Source of the DNA: an uncultured Methylomirabilota bacterium
Lineage (GTDB): Bacteria; Methylomirabilota; Methylomirabilia; Methylomirabilales; 2-02-FULL-66-22
DNA length: 64,000 nt
Reading direction: 5' to 3'
NCBI GenBank assembly: GCA_963845565.1
Contig: CAWJSJ010000003.1
Span: 64,001 to 128,000 of the forward strand
The position numbers and the translations under genes are program-made. Positions within the stretch are counted from its first letter, which is position 1. Each line of letters starts with the position of its first letter. The notes below the pieces were generated by a model. The model was not told where the DNA came from. It saw only the letters and a list, made by a program, of their open reading frames with translations, and searched no databases. Shown one piece after another: positions 27,232 through 38,674 of this stretch.

Positions 27232-29556
27232 ATGGGAAAAGGCACTCACACCCAAGGTGACGGCGCACCGCTGACAATGACGGACGCCGTCCCTGATCCT
27301 CTCGAGGCGACCCCACCCCTCCTGCTCCCGGAGGCACGACGATATACGACCCTCCGGGTGGTGCTCATCAAGCCGTCCAAGTACGACGATGACGGGTACG
27401 TCCTCCGGTTCTGGCGGGGCGTGCTCCCGAGCAACACCTTGAACGTCCTCCACGGACTGACGGTCGACGTTGCCCGGCGGCGGGTGCTCGGGGACATCGA
27501 AATCCGGATCGACACGTTCGACGAGACCGTAGAGAAGGTGCCCGTCCGAAAGATCCTGGGGTGGGCCCGGCAGCCTGCCACCAAGCTGGTGGTGGGGCTC
27601 GTCGGTGTACAGACTAACCAGTTCCCCCGGGCACTGGATCTGGGGCGGGAACTCCGTGCCCATGGGACTGACGTTCTGATGGGTGGCTTCCACACCAGCG
27701 GGACCATCAACATGCTGTCGGAGCAGGAGCCGGACATTCAGGCGCTGTTCCGGGAGGGCATCGTTGTCGTGTCCGGCGAGGTGGAGGGATACTGGGAGGG
27801 CATCTTGGCCGACGCCCTCAACGGCCGTCTGCAGCGCCTCTATTCGTTCGCCCAGGACCTCAAGGATCTAGTGGACATCGAGCAGGCGCCCCTCCCCGTG
27901 GTCAGTTCCACCTCGATGCGCCACTTCGCACGGTCGTCCTTCGGCACGGTCGAAACGTCTCGGGGGTGTCCCTTCACCTGTAGTTTCTGTTCCATCATCA
28001 ACGTCCAGGGTCGCACCATGCGGGAGCGCTCCCCCGAAGCGATCGTCACCCTGGCGCGAGACAACTATCGGCAGCACGGCATCGACTTCTACTTCTTTAC
28101 CGACGACAATTTCGCCCGGAAAAAGTACTGGCGGGAAACGTTCGAGGGGCTCATCCGCCTCCGGAAGGAGGAAGGCATCCGGATCACCTTCATGATGCAG
28201 GTGGACCTGGCCCGCAAGCCCCCGGAGTTTGTGCGCCTGGCGGCGGAGGCGGGCTGCACGCAGGTGTTCATCGGCCTGGAGAGCGTGAACCCGCAAAACC
28301 TCAAGGTGGAGAGCAAGGGGCAGAACAAGGTCGAGGCGTATCGGGACATCCTGCGCGAGTGGCACGACGCGGGGATCGTCGTCCACGCCGCCTATATCAT
28401 CGGACTCCCCTTCGACACACAGGCGCAGGTCGCCCGCGACGTTGAGTACCTCACGGAGGTGATCCAGCCGGACCAAGCCTCCTTCTTCATGCTGACGCCC
28501 TTGCCGGGCTCCCACGATCACCGAGAAATGAAAAAGCGGGGCGATTGGATGGACCCGGACTTCAACAAGCGGGACTCCTTTCACGCCACCATTCGGCATC
28601 CCCACATGACCGCGGAGGCGTGGACCCAGGCCTACCGCGACGCGTGGCACACCTTCTACAGCAAGAACAATCTCATAAAGATCCTTGCCCGCTGGAGCCA
28701 TCATCCCGCCGCTTACTGGAACCTCCTTTTCCTGTACCTCTGGTACAAGAACGCGGCGCTGATCGAGCGCGAGCATCCCATGATCGCCGGTTTCTTCCGG
28801 CTGAAGGACCGGCGCACGCGACAGCCTGGGTTCGCCGTCGATGCTTGGCCGGTGCACGTGTGGAAGCGCACCAAGGACGTGCTCCGCCTGATCCGCTCCT
28901 GGGCTGGCCTCCTCAAGGAAATGGAGGAGATCTGGCTCGCGACCCGCCCGCGCAGCGACCGCGAGAAGCAGGTCGTCCGGGAGATCGAGCGACTCCAAGG
29001 CGAGATTTGGCAGGCCCTGAAGATCCCCGAGTGGCAGCAAGCGTATACCGAGGCACGGGTCGCGCTTCCCGCCAAGGTGCGGGCGCTGCTGGATCCGGTC
29101 GAAGAGCTCACCGCCACGATCATGCGCACCCCCAAGGACCTGGACGCGTTCCTCGCGCGATGGGGACGCGTGCAGACCCGGACGCAAGAGATGTTCCGCC
29201 GCGTGGCGGGAGACCAGGGGTCGGTGAAGCGCTGGCTGGATCTGCTCACCCATCTTCCCCAGGAGACGTGGCAGACGCCACAAGTGCAGGAATGGCGAAA
29301 CGCATACGCGAGTGTCCGCGACGGCCTCCCCTCGCGACTCCACCTGTTATACGGACGGTTCGATGTGTTGAGCGCCCGCGTGGTGTACTCTCGTCAGGAG
29401 CTCCGGCGGGTCTGGAGCCGGACGGGGGAGCATCTCCGGCAGGGGCGGTTCTGGAACATCCGGCCGCTGCGACTGGCGGTCGCCGGCGTCAAAGAAATCC
29501 TCCTGACGACCTCCTTTACCCTGCAGATTCTCTCGTCGTTTTCCCCCGAACGCTAA
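27232..29556 (+). CDS. B12-binding (class B) radical SAM protein with long C-terminal extension
   Basis: SRGCPFTCSFC (CX3CX2C), MGGFH, FTDDNF, IGLES and LTPLPGS motifs; start may be 27277. Confidence 0.9.
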   Translation: MGKGTHTQGDGAPLTMTDAVPDPLEATPPLLLPEARRYTTLRVVLIKPSKYDDDGYVLRFWRGVLPSNTLNVLHGLTVDVARRRVLGDIEIRIDTFDETVEKVPVRKILGWARQPATKLVVGLVGVQTNQFPRALDLGRELRAHGTDVLMGGFHTSGTINMLSEQEPDIQALFREGIVVVSGEVEGYWEGILADALNGRLQRLYSFAQDLKDLVDIEQAPLPVVSSTSMRHFARSSFGTVETSRGCPFTCSFCSIINVQGRTMRERSPEAIVTLARDNYRQHGIDFYFFTDDNFARKKYWRETFEGLIRLRKEEGIRITFMMQVDLARKPPEFVRLAAEAGCTQVFIGLESVNPQNLKVESKGQNKVEAYRDILREWHDAGIVVHAAYIIGLPFDTQAQVARDVEYLTEVIQPDQASFFMLTPLPGSHDHREMKKRGDWMDPDFNKRDSFHATIRHPHMTAEAWTQAYRDAWHTFYSKNNLIKILARWSHHPAAYWNLLFLYLWYKNAALIEREHPMIAGFFRLKDRRTRQPGFAVDAWPVHVWKRTKDVLRLIRSWAGLLKEMEEIWLATRPRSDREKQVVREIERLQGEIWQALKIPEWQQAYTEARVALPAKVRALLDPVEELTATIMRTPKDLDAFLARWGRVQTRTQEMFRRVAGDQGSVKRWLDLLTHLPQETWQTPQVQEWRNAYASVRDGLPSRLHLLYGRFDVLSARVVYSRQELRRVWSRTGEHLRQGRFWNIRPLRLAVAGVKEILLTTSFTLQILSSFSPER

Positions 29557-29635
29557 CGAAATGACCGGAGCCCCTGGGGCGTGCAAACCGCCCGGGGGCC
29601 ATCCGTACGTCAAAGGCTCAGGCACCGGCAAGCCC

Positions 29636-29676
29636 AGCCTGCATTATTCACGAATCCTTCGCGAATAATGCAGGCT
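29636..29676. repeat. 14-bp inverted repeat related to the 16988 palindrome
   Basis: AGCCTGCATTATTC-ACGAATCCTTCGC-GAATAATGCAGGCT(AG). Confidence 0.8.
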
Positions 29677-29809
29677 AGGGTGAGCCGGAGGTGCGGCGCG
29701 TGGGAGCGTGCAGCCAGACTCTCGCGCCGTCGAATAATTGCGGAGACTCTTTCGTCCGCGAGTCGCTTAACGTGCTATACTCTCCACGGTACACACAAGG
29801 AGGTCACAC

Positions 29810-30070
29810 GTGATCGAACCCCTGGCGCAGCAGATGTTGGATCTGATCTACCACGACTCGAAGGTGCGACGACCGCATAAGGACTCGCTGGCGGACTGGA
29901 TTCTCGACACCCAGTCCCGGACTGAGCCTCTGAACACAAAAACGCTCTTGCAGTATCTCGCGGTCCATCAATCCGAAGTCCTCAGCCGGCTAAAGATCAA
30001 CGTCCGCATCAAGGACGAGATCGCCCAGGTTCTGCGGGGAGCCGATCCCGGCCAGGTCTCCCGCGACTAA
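29810..30070 (+). CDS. Hypothetical protein (86 aa)
   Basis: AAGGAGG RBS; extended -10 TGCTATACT at 29773; its TAA stop is the left end of repeat copy 3. Confidence 0.8.
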   Translation: MIEPLAQQMLDLIYHDSKVRRPHKDSLADWILDTQSRTEPLNTKTLLQYLAVHQSEVLSRLKINVRIKDEIAQVLRGADPGQVSRD

Positions 30071-30172
30071 GCCGTTGTCAAAGAATTAGTTGAGCGGAGA
30101 CATTCCGAAACGGCATAAGGAGCCGTAACGAAATAGATAGAGATGTATAGGTTATTTCGTAACGGCTCCTAA
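30068..30172 (+). repeat. ~105 bp bipartite element, copy 3
   Basis: TAA-GCCGTTGTCAAAG...ACGGCA-TAA-GGAGCCGTAACG...CGTAACGGCTCC-TAA. Confidence 0.93.
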
Positions 30173-30352
30173 CCACGCCCTGCCCTTCACGGGGACTTGC
30201 AGCGGAGCGAAATTCGCGAGCATCCCGAGGGGCAAAGAAGCGGTTGCCAAATACGACCAACGCATCTCGCGAAACCCCCGCGGAATGATGAGGAGACGGC
30301 CGACTCGGGTCAGGAGCGCTCCGGGATCGGGGAGCATGAGAGGAGAGCAAGG

Positions 30353-30643
30353 ATGACCGGAATGTGCATTTACAAAGGGAATCGGGGCCTCGGCGCCTGC
30401 GCGGGTCCGGTGTCGAAGGTCAGGGTGGCCAGCAAACGGACTGCGGCGTGGAAAGGGCTGAACGACCTCACCGAGCGCCTGAAGGACGGAGGCGAAGAGC
30501 CGGGCGTGTGCAAAGCCCACGAGAAGCGCGCTGGGGAAAACGGCTATCTTCTCGTGGTGGACGCTCCGGCGACTCGCAACAGCGCAAAACGATCGACAGG
30601 AAAACTCAAGGGGGACGGTGCAGACCTGCGCACCGCAAAGTGA
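30353..30643 (+). CDS. Small basic hypothetical protein with C..C...CxxH pattern
   Basis: AGGAG RBS; MTGMCIYKGNRGLGAC...VCKAHEK. Confidence 0.6.
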   Translation: MTGMCIYKGNRGLGACAGPVSKVRVASKRTAAWKGLNDLTERLKDGGEEPGVCKAHEKRAGENGYLLVVDAPATRNSAKRSTGKLKGDGADLRTAK

Positions 30644-30796
30644 ACCCGACCCTCAAGCCACCAGTTCCTTCGGACCATCGCCATGTCGAACGCCACGTCG
30701 AAACCCCCTGAGTAGCGGCTTCCCCCCAGCTTGGCATGGGCCGAATACCGATTGACGTGGAATGGATGGGCGACGCTCGGTGGGGATGGCGTGGAG

Positions 30797-30828
30797 TCGT
30801 CCCCGGCCGGCGGCCCGGCCGGGGACGA
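30797..30828. terminator. Strong GC hairpin between convergent genes
   Basis: TCGTCCCCGGCCGG-cggc-CCGGCCGGGGACGA. Confidence 0.65.
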
Positions 30829-30869
30829 TAGACTGTCCGCGGAAGGAGATCCCCCCTTCCCGCAATCGT

Positions 30870-32550
<1,681 letters not shown>

Positions 32551-32593
32551 TTACGTTCCGTTGACTGCTGCGGGACCCTCGCCTCTCGACCGG

Positions 32594-32884
32594 CTATTGC
32601 AGGATGCCGAGGACATCCTCCTCGCGCATGATCAGGTACTCCTCGTCGCCCAGCTTCACTTCGCTCCCCGAGTACTTCCCGAAGAGGATCGTGTCGCCCA
32701 CCTTCACCCCCATCGGCTGCAACTTCCCGTCCTTCGTCACCTTCCCGGGCCCCAGCGCGACCACTTCCGCCTCCTGGGGTTTTTCCTTGGCCGTGTCGGG
32801 GATGATGATGCCGCCCTTCTTGGTTTCTTTCTCTTCCAGGCGCTTGACCAGGATCCGGTCCTGCAACGGCTTGAATTTCTTCAT
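32594..32884 (-). CDS. groS: Co-chaperonin GroES
   Basis: [22 protein letters not shown] and GKYSGSEVK motifs. Confidence 0.98.
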   Translation of the reverse strand: MKKFKPLQDRILVKRLEEKETKKGGIIIPDTAKEKPQEAEVVALGPGKVTKDGKLQPMGVKVGDTILFGKYSGSEVKLGDEEYLIMREEDVLGILQ

Positions 32885-33130
32885 CGCATGATACTCCTTT
32901 CAAGGGTCGTGTGATGCTCGCGTTGCACCGAAGCGGTGCGTTCGCGATAGGAACGTTGGCCCACTTGGGGAGGCGGTAGTATAGCACAACAAGCGCCTCC
33001 CGGCTCCATGAACCTCAGTTTATGCCGTCGCGACGATGCGGCGTGTCTTGGAGGGATGGCATCCACAACGCCGGCGTGTTTAGGCAGCCGATTCCGAGTG
33101 CAATGCAGATGCGGGGATTCGTGCAAAAAA

Positions 33131-33541
33131 GCCGGAGAGGGCCTGTAAGCCGGGTTCTGTGACGCCCCGTTGCCGGGGCCGGTGATCATTTCTCTCGATT
33201 CCGCATTGCTGCGGAACTCTAGCAGCCAACCCGGGAGTCTCGGACGGGCCGTCCTACAACTCCGCCTTGCGACGGAGACGCTCCCCTATTTGGCCTTGCT
33301 CCGGGTGGGGTTTGCCCTGCCAGCCCTGTCACCAGGGCCGCGGTGCGCTCTTACCGCACCTTTTCACCCTTACCCCGCCTCGCGGCCCTCACGGGCCGCT
33401 CTGCGGGGCGGTATGTTTTCTGTGGCACTTTCCCTGGGGTCACCCCCGGTCGGCGTTACCGACCACCCTGCCCTGCGGAGCCCGGACTTTCCTCTCCCCT
33501 CGTCTCGCGACGAGAACAGCGACCACCCGGCCCTCTCCGGC
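33131..33541 (-). ncRNA. rnpB: RNase P RNA (type A)
   Basis: Minus strand reads GAGGAAAGUCCGGGCUC...AAGUGCCACAGAAAAC...GGUAAGAGCGCACC...GGCAAACCCCACCCGGAGCAAG...ACAGAACCCGGCUUACAG; P1 ends complementary; U-tract follows. Confidence 0.97.
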
Positions 33542-33594
33542 GATTCCTACCTTACTCCTTCTGTGGCGTTCGGTGCAACCCCCACGCTCCACGC

Positions 33595-33657
33595 GGACAA
33601 TGGACCATGGACGATGGACGATACGTACTGATGGTCCGTGCTCCGTCGTCCACGGTC
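33595..33657. repeat. Inverted heptamer tandem repeats
   Basis: GGAC(A/C/G)AT x4 followed by mirrored ATGGTCC/GTCGTCC-like units. Confidence 0.65.
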
Positions 33658-33684
33658 GGGCAATCCAAATGCCCCTCTGCCGTT

Positions 33685-34629
33685 CTACTTGAACTTCCCG
33701 GCCCGCTCCAGGCGCAGGAACTCCATGAGGAACGCATCGCGGCGGGCCCGCACCTGCTCCGCCTTGCCGGCCGGCCAGTCGAGGAAGCCCTTCCCGACCT
33801 TGGCCCCCGTCTCCCCCTTGGCGATCTTCTCGTTGTGGATGGGTCCGGCTCCCTGCGCCTTGCCGAGATCCGGGATCACATAGTCCTGGACCGCCTTGAC
33901 CAGCTCCAGCCCCACCAGGTCGGCGTGCTCGAAGACGCCGTAGACGGGGAGGCGCAGGCCGAACCCCGCCTTCACCGCCAGGTCCACGTCCTCGGCCGAG
34001 GCGATCCCCTCGGCCACGATGTGCACGCACTCGCGGATCATCGCGTGCTGGATCCGGTTGCCGAGCTGCCCCGGCACGTCCTTGCGCACCAGGACGGGCA
34101 CCTTGCCGCAGGCCTTGAGCAGGGCCACCACCCCTTCGGCAATCGCCTGGCTCGAGCGCTTGCCCATGATCACCTCGACCAGGGGGATGATGTAGGGCGG
34201 GTTCCAGAAATGGGTCGTGAGGACACGCTCGGGCTTTCGACATTTGGCTGCGATGTCGGTGATGCTGATCCCCGAGGTGTTCGAGCACAGGATCGTGTCC
34301 GGGGCCGCCGCGTCCAGGCGGGCGAAGTACTCCTGCTTGACGGCCAAGTCTTCCGCAACCGATTCCACAAAGAGCTGGACCGACTTGACCGCCTCCTCGG
34401 GATTGTGCGAGGCCGAGAAGCGAGCCTGAGCCGCTTTCGCCTGGGCCGGATCGGCCAGGCCGTTTGCCGCCAGCGTGGCGATGAGCCCCTGCGCGGTGGC
34501 CACTCCCTTGGCGGCTCCCTCCGCGGTGCGGCTGACGATGACGGCCTCCTTGCCCGCCAGGGCATAGGTGGCGGCGATGCCCGGCCCCATCATGCCGGTC
34601 CCGGCGACGGCAACACGACGAACGTCCAT
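33685..34629 (-). CDS. 3-hydroxyacyl-CoA dehydrogenase family NAD-binding protein
   Basis: GTGMMG Rossmann motif, ESVAEDL..K, SNTS, HFWNP and NRIQ. Confidence 0.9.
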   Translation of the reverse strand: MDVRRVAVAGTGMMGPGIAATYALAGKEAVIVSRTAEGAAKGVATAQGLIATLAANGLADPAQAKAAQARFSASHNPEEAVKSVQLFVESVAEDLAVKQEYFARLDAAAPDTILCSNTSGISITDIAAKCRKPERVLTTHFWNPPYIIPLVEVIMGKRSSQAIAEGVVALLKACGKVPVLVRKDVPGQLGNRIQHAMIRECVHIVAEGIASAEDVDLAVKAGFGLRLPVYGVFEHADLVGLELVKAVQDYVIPDLGKAQGAGPIHNEKIAKGETGAKVGKGFLDWPAGKAEQVRARRDAFLMEFLRLERAGKFK

Positions 34630-34676
34630 GAATCTCCTCCTTGACAGTCATAACGCGAGGTTCGAACGAGAGTAGC

Positions 34677-34766
34677 CCACGATGCACAAGAAGCATAAGT
34701 CATTTCAGGGCCGGACTACACCCCGAGTCCAAGGCCCCTTCCCTTGTGCATCTTGTGCCTCTGTGG
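34677..34766. repeat. ~90 bp stem-loop of nonamer repeats, copy A
   Basis: CCAC-GATGCACAAGAAGCATAAG...CTTGTGCATCTTGTGCCTCTGTGG. Confidence 0.75.
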
Positions 34767-34804
34767 TTGACATCGGACCCCTTGGCGCCCTGCGAAATGC
34801 CCGA

Positions 34805-35242
34805 CTATTTCTTCTCGCGGATGCGGAAGTTGCCGTCGGCGTCGTTGTACCGCTCGGTCTGGACTCCTTCCAGCACCGTCAGACTCACCTCGGCCCGGTA
34901 GGCGACCACGCTGCCCGGCTCGAGATGACCGATGTAGGTCTGCTTGCTGTCCCAGTCGAACACGGTGATGTGGGCGTGGACGTCCCCGCCGATGACCGAC
35001 CCCTGGACGCTGGACAGCTCGATGGGCCCGGTGAAGGCCCAGTACTTGTCCGCCGGGGGCAGGCCGGTGGTGGTGATGGTGTGGAGCTGGACACGCTGGA
35101 ACGAACCGATCCCGCCCGTGATCGCCGCGGTATCGATCTTCTCCTTCTTGACGACCTCCTGGAGTCCTTCCAGCAGCGTGTCACCCCGGTCAAAGAGCAC
35201 CAGGATCACGCGCGGAGAGGTCTTCGAAACGAAGTACTGCAT
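34805..35242 (-). CDS. PPC/DUF296 domain protein
   Basis: GGIGS, ELSSVQG, HAH and GHL.PG motifs; AGGAGG RBS. Confidence 0.85.
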   Translation of the reverse strand: MQYFVSKTSPRVILVLFDRGDTLLEGLQEVVKKEKIDTAAITGGIGSFQRVQLHTITTTGLPPADKYWAFTGPIELSSVQGSVIGGDVHAHITVFDWDSKQTYIGHLEPGSVVAYRAEVSLTVLEGVQTERYNDADGNFRIREKK

Positions 35243-35315
35243 GAACTCCTCCTTTCGACAGTTGAGAGAACTCGCACGTCAACAGCCGAGCCGCCAAGAA
35301 CACCGGGGAAGATTG

Positions 35316-35408
35316 GCCACAAGACGCACAAGAATCACAAGTGGATTCAGGGCCGGGGTGAAAGAGCTGAAGGCTCCATCCCCCTGTGCGTCTTGTGCCT
35401 CTTGTGGC
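35316..35408. repeat. ~90 bp stem-loop of nonamer repeats, copy B
   Basis: GCCACAAGACGCACAAGAATCACAAG...CTGTGCGTCTTGTGCCTCTTGTGGC; loop shares TTCAGGGCCGG with copy A. Confidence 0.75.
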
Positions 35409-35502
35409 TGGAAGCGGGCCCCGTGGCGTCTCGGCGGGGGATTCGCTCGGCCCTGACGGTGCCGGCCGCACGCATCCTCCTGGTCAAATCGTGGGCGCGT
35501 CC

Positions 35503-36777
35503 TCACCGGATCATCTTCGGCAGCCAGAGGGTCAGCTCGGGCAGGAGCGTGATGATCGCCAGCGTCAAGAGCAGAGGAACATAGAACGGGACCAATTGTC
35601 GCAGCACGTCGCGCATCGACACCTTCGCAATATCGCTGATCAGGAACAGCGCTAGCCCCATGGGCGGGGTCAGGAGTCCTACCATCAAGTTAAAGATCGC
35701 CACGATGCCGAGGTGGACGGGATCCACACCCGCCTGATGGAGCGGAACGGAGAGGATCGGAATGACGAGGAGTGTCGCGGTCGTGCTGTCGAGGAACATC
35801 CCGACGACGAGCAGGATCAGGTTCACGACCAGCAACAGCACGAGCGGATCCTTGCTAAAGGAGAGCAGCCCCTGCGTGAACATCTGGGGGATCTGCTCGA
35901 TCGCCATGATCCAGCCGAAGAGCGCCGCCGCCGCCACGATGACCAGGATCGCCGAGGTGCTCTTGACGGTCTCATACGCCGAGTACAGCAGGTGGGCCGG
36001 CGTCAGCGTCCGATAAACGAAGGCGGTAATGAGGATCACATAGACGACCGTGATGGATGCCGCCTCGGTGGGGGTGAAGAAGCCCAGCAGCATCCCCGAC
36101 ACCAGCATGATGGGGGTGAAGAGGGCGGGGATGGCGGGCTTGAGGTCGCGCCAGAGCTCGCTCCGCGTCGGCCAGCGCTCGGACCGGGGGTAGTCCCGCC
36201 GCAGGGCCAGGATCGCCACGGTGATCATCAGGAGCGCGACGCAGATCAGGGCGGGCACGATTCCGGCGAGCAGCAACTGGATGATCGAGACGTTGGTGAC
36301 GGAGCCGTAGATGATCAGCGGGATGCTAGGGGGGAAGATCGGCCCGACGATCGCGGAGGCGACGGTGACGGCGGAGGAGAAATCCTTGCGGAAGCCCCGG
36401 GCCGTCATAGCCTTCACCTCAATGCGCCCGAGGCCCCCGACGTCGGCGAGCGCCGCGCCGCTCATCCCGGAAAAGATCAAGCTGGCGAACACGTTCACCT
36501 GCGCCAGGCCGCCCGGAATGCGCCCGACGAGCGTGTCGGCGAACCGGAAGATCCGCTCCGTGACCCCCGCCTGGTTCATCAGGTTGCCCACGAAGATGAA
36601 CACCGGCACCGCCACGAGCGGAAAGGAGTCCAGCGCGTAGGACATCCGCTGCCCGATCAGTTCGATCGGCAAATCGTGCATTAAGACATACACCACGGAC
36701 GGGCCAAGGATGGACAACACTACCGGCCAGCCGAGCAGGAACAACAGCGTGAAGGTGCCGAGCAGTAATGCGGTCAT
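35503..36777 (-). CDS. dctM: TRAP transporter large permease
   Basis: LVAVP.FI, SG.SG.ALAD, PPSIP, FTPTEA and GLLTPPMG motifs. Confidence 0.95.
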   Translation of the reverse strand: MTALLLGTFTLLFLLGWPVVLSILGPSVVYVLMHDLPIELIGQRMSYALDSFPLVAVPVFIFVGNLMNQAGVTERIFRFADTLVGRIPGGLAQVNVFASLIFSGMSGAALADVGGLGRIEVKAMTARGFRKDFSSAVTVASAIVGPIFPPSIPLIIYGSVTNVSIIQLLLAGIVPALICVALLMITVAILALRRDYPRSERWPTRSELWRDLKPAIPALFTPIMLVSGMLLGFFTPTEAASITVVYVILITAFVYRTLTPAHLLYSAYETVKSTSAILVIVAAAALFGWIMAIEQIPQMFTQGLLSFSKDPLVLLLVVNLILLVVGMFLDSTTATLLVIPILSVPLHQAGVDPVHLGIVAIFNLMVGLLTPPMGLALFLISDIAKVSMRDVLRQLVPFYVPLLLTLAIITLLPELTLWLPKMIR

Positions 36778-37400
36778 GGGTTTTGTCCGATCGACGCCTC
36801 GTGTGCGAGCGCTCGTTCGAGGTCGACCTCCTCCGGGGGCTGCTCCTCCGCAAAAGTGACGTAGAGCGGACCGCGACCCAGCGCCTTCACGCTCTGCACG
36901 CCCGACTCGATGGCGGAGACTAACAGGCCGATGAATGCCGCCGAGAAGAACACCCAGTATGGGATGCCGAGACTCGGCGTGGCGTTGTCAAGATTCCGCA
37001 ACGTCGCGACCGCGACCGAATACGCGGCGATCCCGAAGGTGACGGTGGCCGTCGCCGCGATGGCAACCCGCAGGGGCCATTGCACCCCCTGGGGCAGGCA
37101 GGAGATTAGCTCCTCCATGCGGATATTGGCCCCGGACGAAACGACGTACGGTAGCGTCACGAACACGACGCAGATCAACATGAACCGCGCCAGCTCCTCG
37201 GCCCCCACGAACGGGGTTCCGACGACCCCCCGCAGAAACACTTGCAGCGCCGGCATGAGGATCATCACGAATAAAAGCGCCAGGCCGAACCGGCGCAGGT
37301 TCCGCCGCAGCGGCTCCACGGCGCGATCGAGTGGGGCGCATGCGGTTGGGTCGGCGCCGCTCTGGGCACCCGGAGATTGCGAAAAATCGGACATCGACAT
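36774..37400 (-). CDS. dctQ: TRAP transporter small permease
   Basis: Four TM segments, QV.LR and EELAR; lies between dctP and dctM. Confidence 0.9.
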   Translation of the reverse strand: MSMSDFSQSPGAQSGADPTACAPLDRAVEPLRRNLRRFGLALLFVMILMPALQVFLRGVVGTPFVGAEELARFMLICVVFVTLPYVVSSGANIRMEELISCLPQGVQWPLRVAIAATATVTFGIAAYSVAVATLRNLDNATPSLGIPYWVFFSAAFIGLLVSAIESGVQSVKALGRGPLYVTFAEEQPPEEVDLERALAHEASIGQNP

Positions 37401-37470
37401 GCTCCGGCGAGATGTGGATCGAGCGGGCTCGCCGGGTGCCGTCGGCACCCGGCGAGCCGAGCCTCTCCTG

Positions 37471-38475
37471 CTACTTGATGGCGGAGATGCGGTCCATGTA
37501 CGGCTTCCAGGTGGGGAAGTCCTTTGCCACCTCGGTGTTCACCCCCTTGCGGAACTCGTCCATCTTGAGACCCTCTTTGTCCGTAATGAAGGTCATCCCC
37601 TTCTTCTTCAGCTCTCCGATCAGATCCTGCTCGGCCTTCTGGCCCATCTGTAGGCTTTCCCGTGTGATGCCGTCCAGCGCGTCCAGGATGGCCGTCCGAT
37701 CCTTTTCGCCGATCTGTTGCCAGGTGCGCTCGTTGAGGAAGACCGGCAGGACATTCTGCATGTGCGCCGTGAGCATCACGTGGGTCTGCACTTCGTACAG
37801 TTTGTTGGCGTTGATCATGGTGAGCGGGTTCTCCTGGCCGACCACCATCCCCGTCATCAGCGCGGTGGGCAGCTCGCTCACCTCGACCGGGGTCGGGATG
37901 GCGCCGAATCCCCGGACCATCGTCGTCCACAGCTGGATCGGAACCCCGCGGAACTTCTTCCCCTTCAGATCGGCCGGCGAATAGACGGCCTGCTTCGCCG
38001 TCATCTGGCGCGCACCGCGGTACAGGCGCCCGACAATGCGCATGTTCCCCCCGGCCAAGAGTTTCTTGTTGAATTCCTCGAGCACCTCCGACTTGCGTGG
38101 ATCGGTTGCGGCCACCGCGTGGGCGGCGTCCCGATAAACAAAGGGCGCATTAAAGACCGCGATGTCCTTGGCCAGGCGGTCCAGCGAGGCAAACTCATGG
38201 TGCCCCATGGCGATGGAGCCACTCTTGACACCGTCGATCAGCTCTTGAACGCCGCCGAGCTGCGAATTCGGGAAGACGGTGACCTTGACCCGTCCCGCCG
38301 TGACCTCCGGAATCTTCTTGGCGACTTGCTCCGCGTACCAGAACTGGATGTCACCTTCCGAGCCGACATGGGCGTACCGAAGGAGAACCTCCTGAGCCTC
38401 GGACAGGCTGGGCAATAGGGCGAGCCCGACGATCGTGGCCACTGCTGCTACCAGGAAAACGCTGCGACGAAGCAT
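37471..38475 (-). CDS. dctP: TRAP transporter substrate-binding protein
   Basis: Signal peptide; FPNSQLG, DLKG.KFR and GQENP motifs. Confidence 0.95.
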   Translation of the reverse strand: MLRRSVFLVAAVATIVGLALLPSLSEAQEVLLRYAHVGSEGDIQFWYAEQVAKKIPEVTAGRVKVTVFPNSQLGGVQELIDGVKSGSIAMGHHEFASLDRLAKDIAVFNAPFVYRDAAHAVAATDPRKSEVLEEFNKKLLAGGNMRIVGRLYRGARQMTAKQAVYSPADLKGKKFRGVPIQLWTTMVRGFGAIPTPVEVSELPTALMTGMVVGQENPLTMINANKLYEVQTHVMLTAHMQNVLPVFLNERTWQQIGEKDRTAILDALDGITRESLQMGQKAEQDLIGELKKKGMTFITDKEGLKMDEFRKGVNTEVAKDFPTWKPYMDRISAIK

Positions 38476-38674
38476 GTTGGCCTCCTCTTCTTGCGCTCGC
38501 GCGCGACCGAGAGAGATGTGAGCGGTGAAAGTTCCCTGATCACGACCCGCGCCGACCCGGCGGTCGACCCGCTCACGAACCAGCCGGTACTCCGTTTCCC
38601 GCCGACTCGACCGCGACGGCTCCGATCGCCGCCCGGTTTCCGGATTTTCCTCCCCTCTTTGCGAACATCACGCC

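Noticed and set aside
30200..30300. c-di-GMP-I riboswitch
   Set aside because: GGCAAA is present, but the GNRA tetraloop/receptor and downstream consensus are not recognisable
32885..33120. CIRCE upstream of groES
   Set aside because: Only an unrelated short palindrome (GCACCG-aag-CGGTGC) is present; no GCACTC/GAGTGC arms
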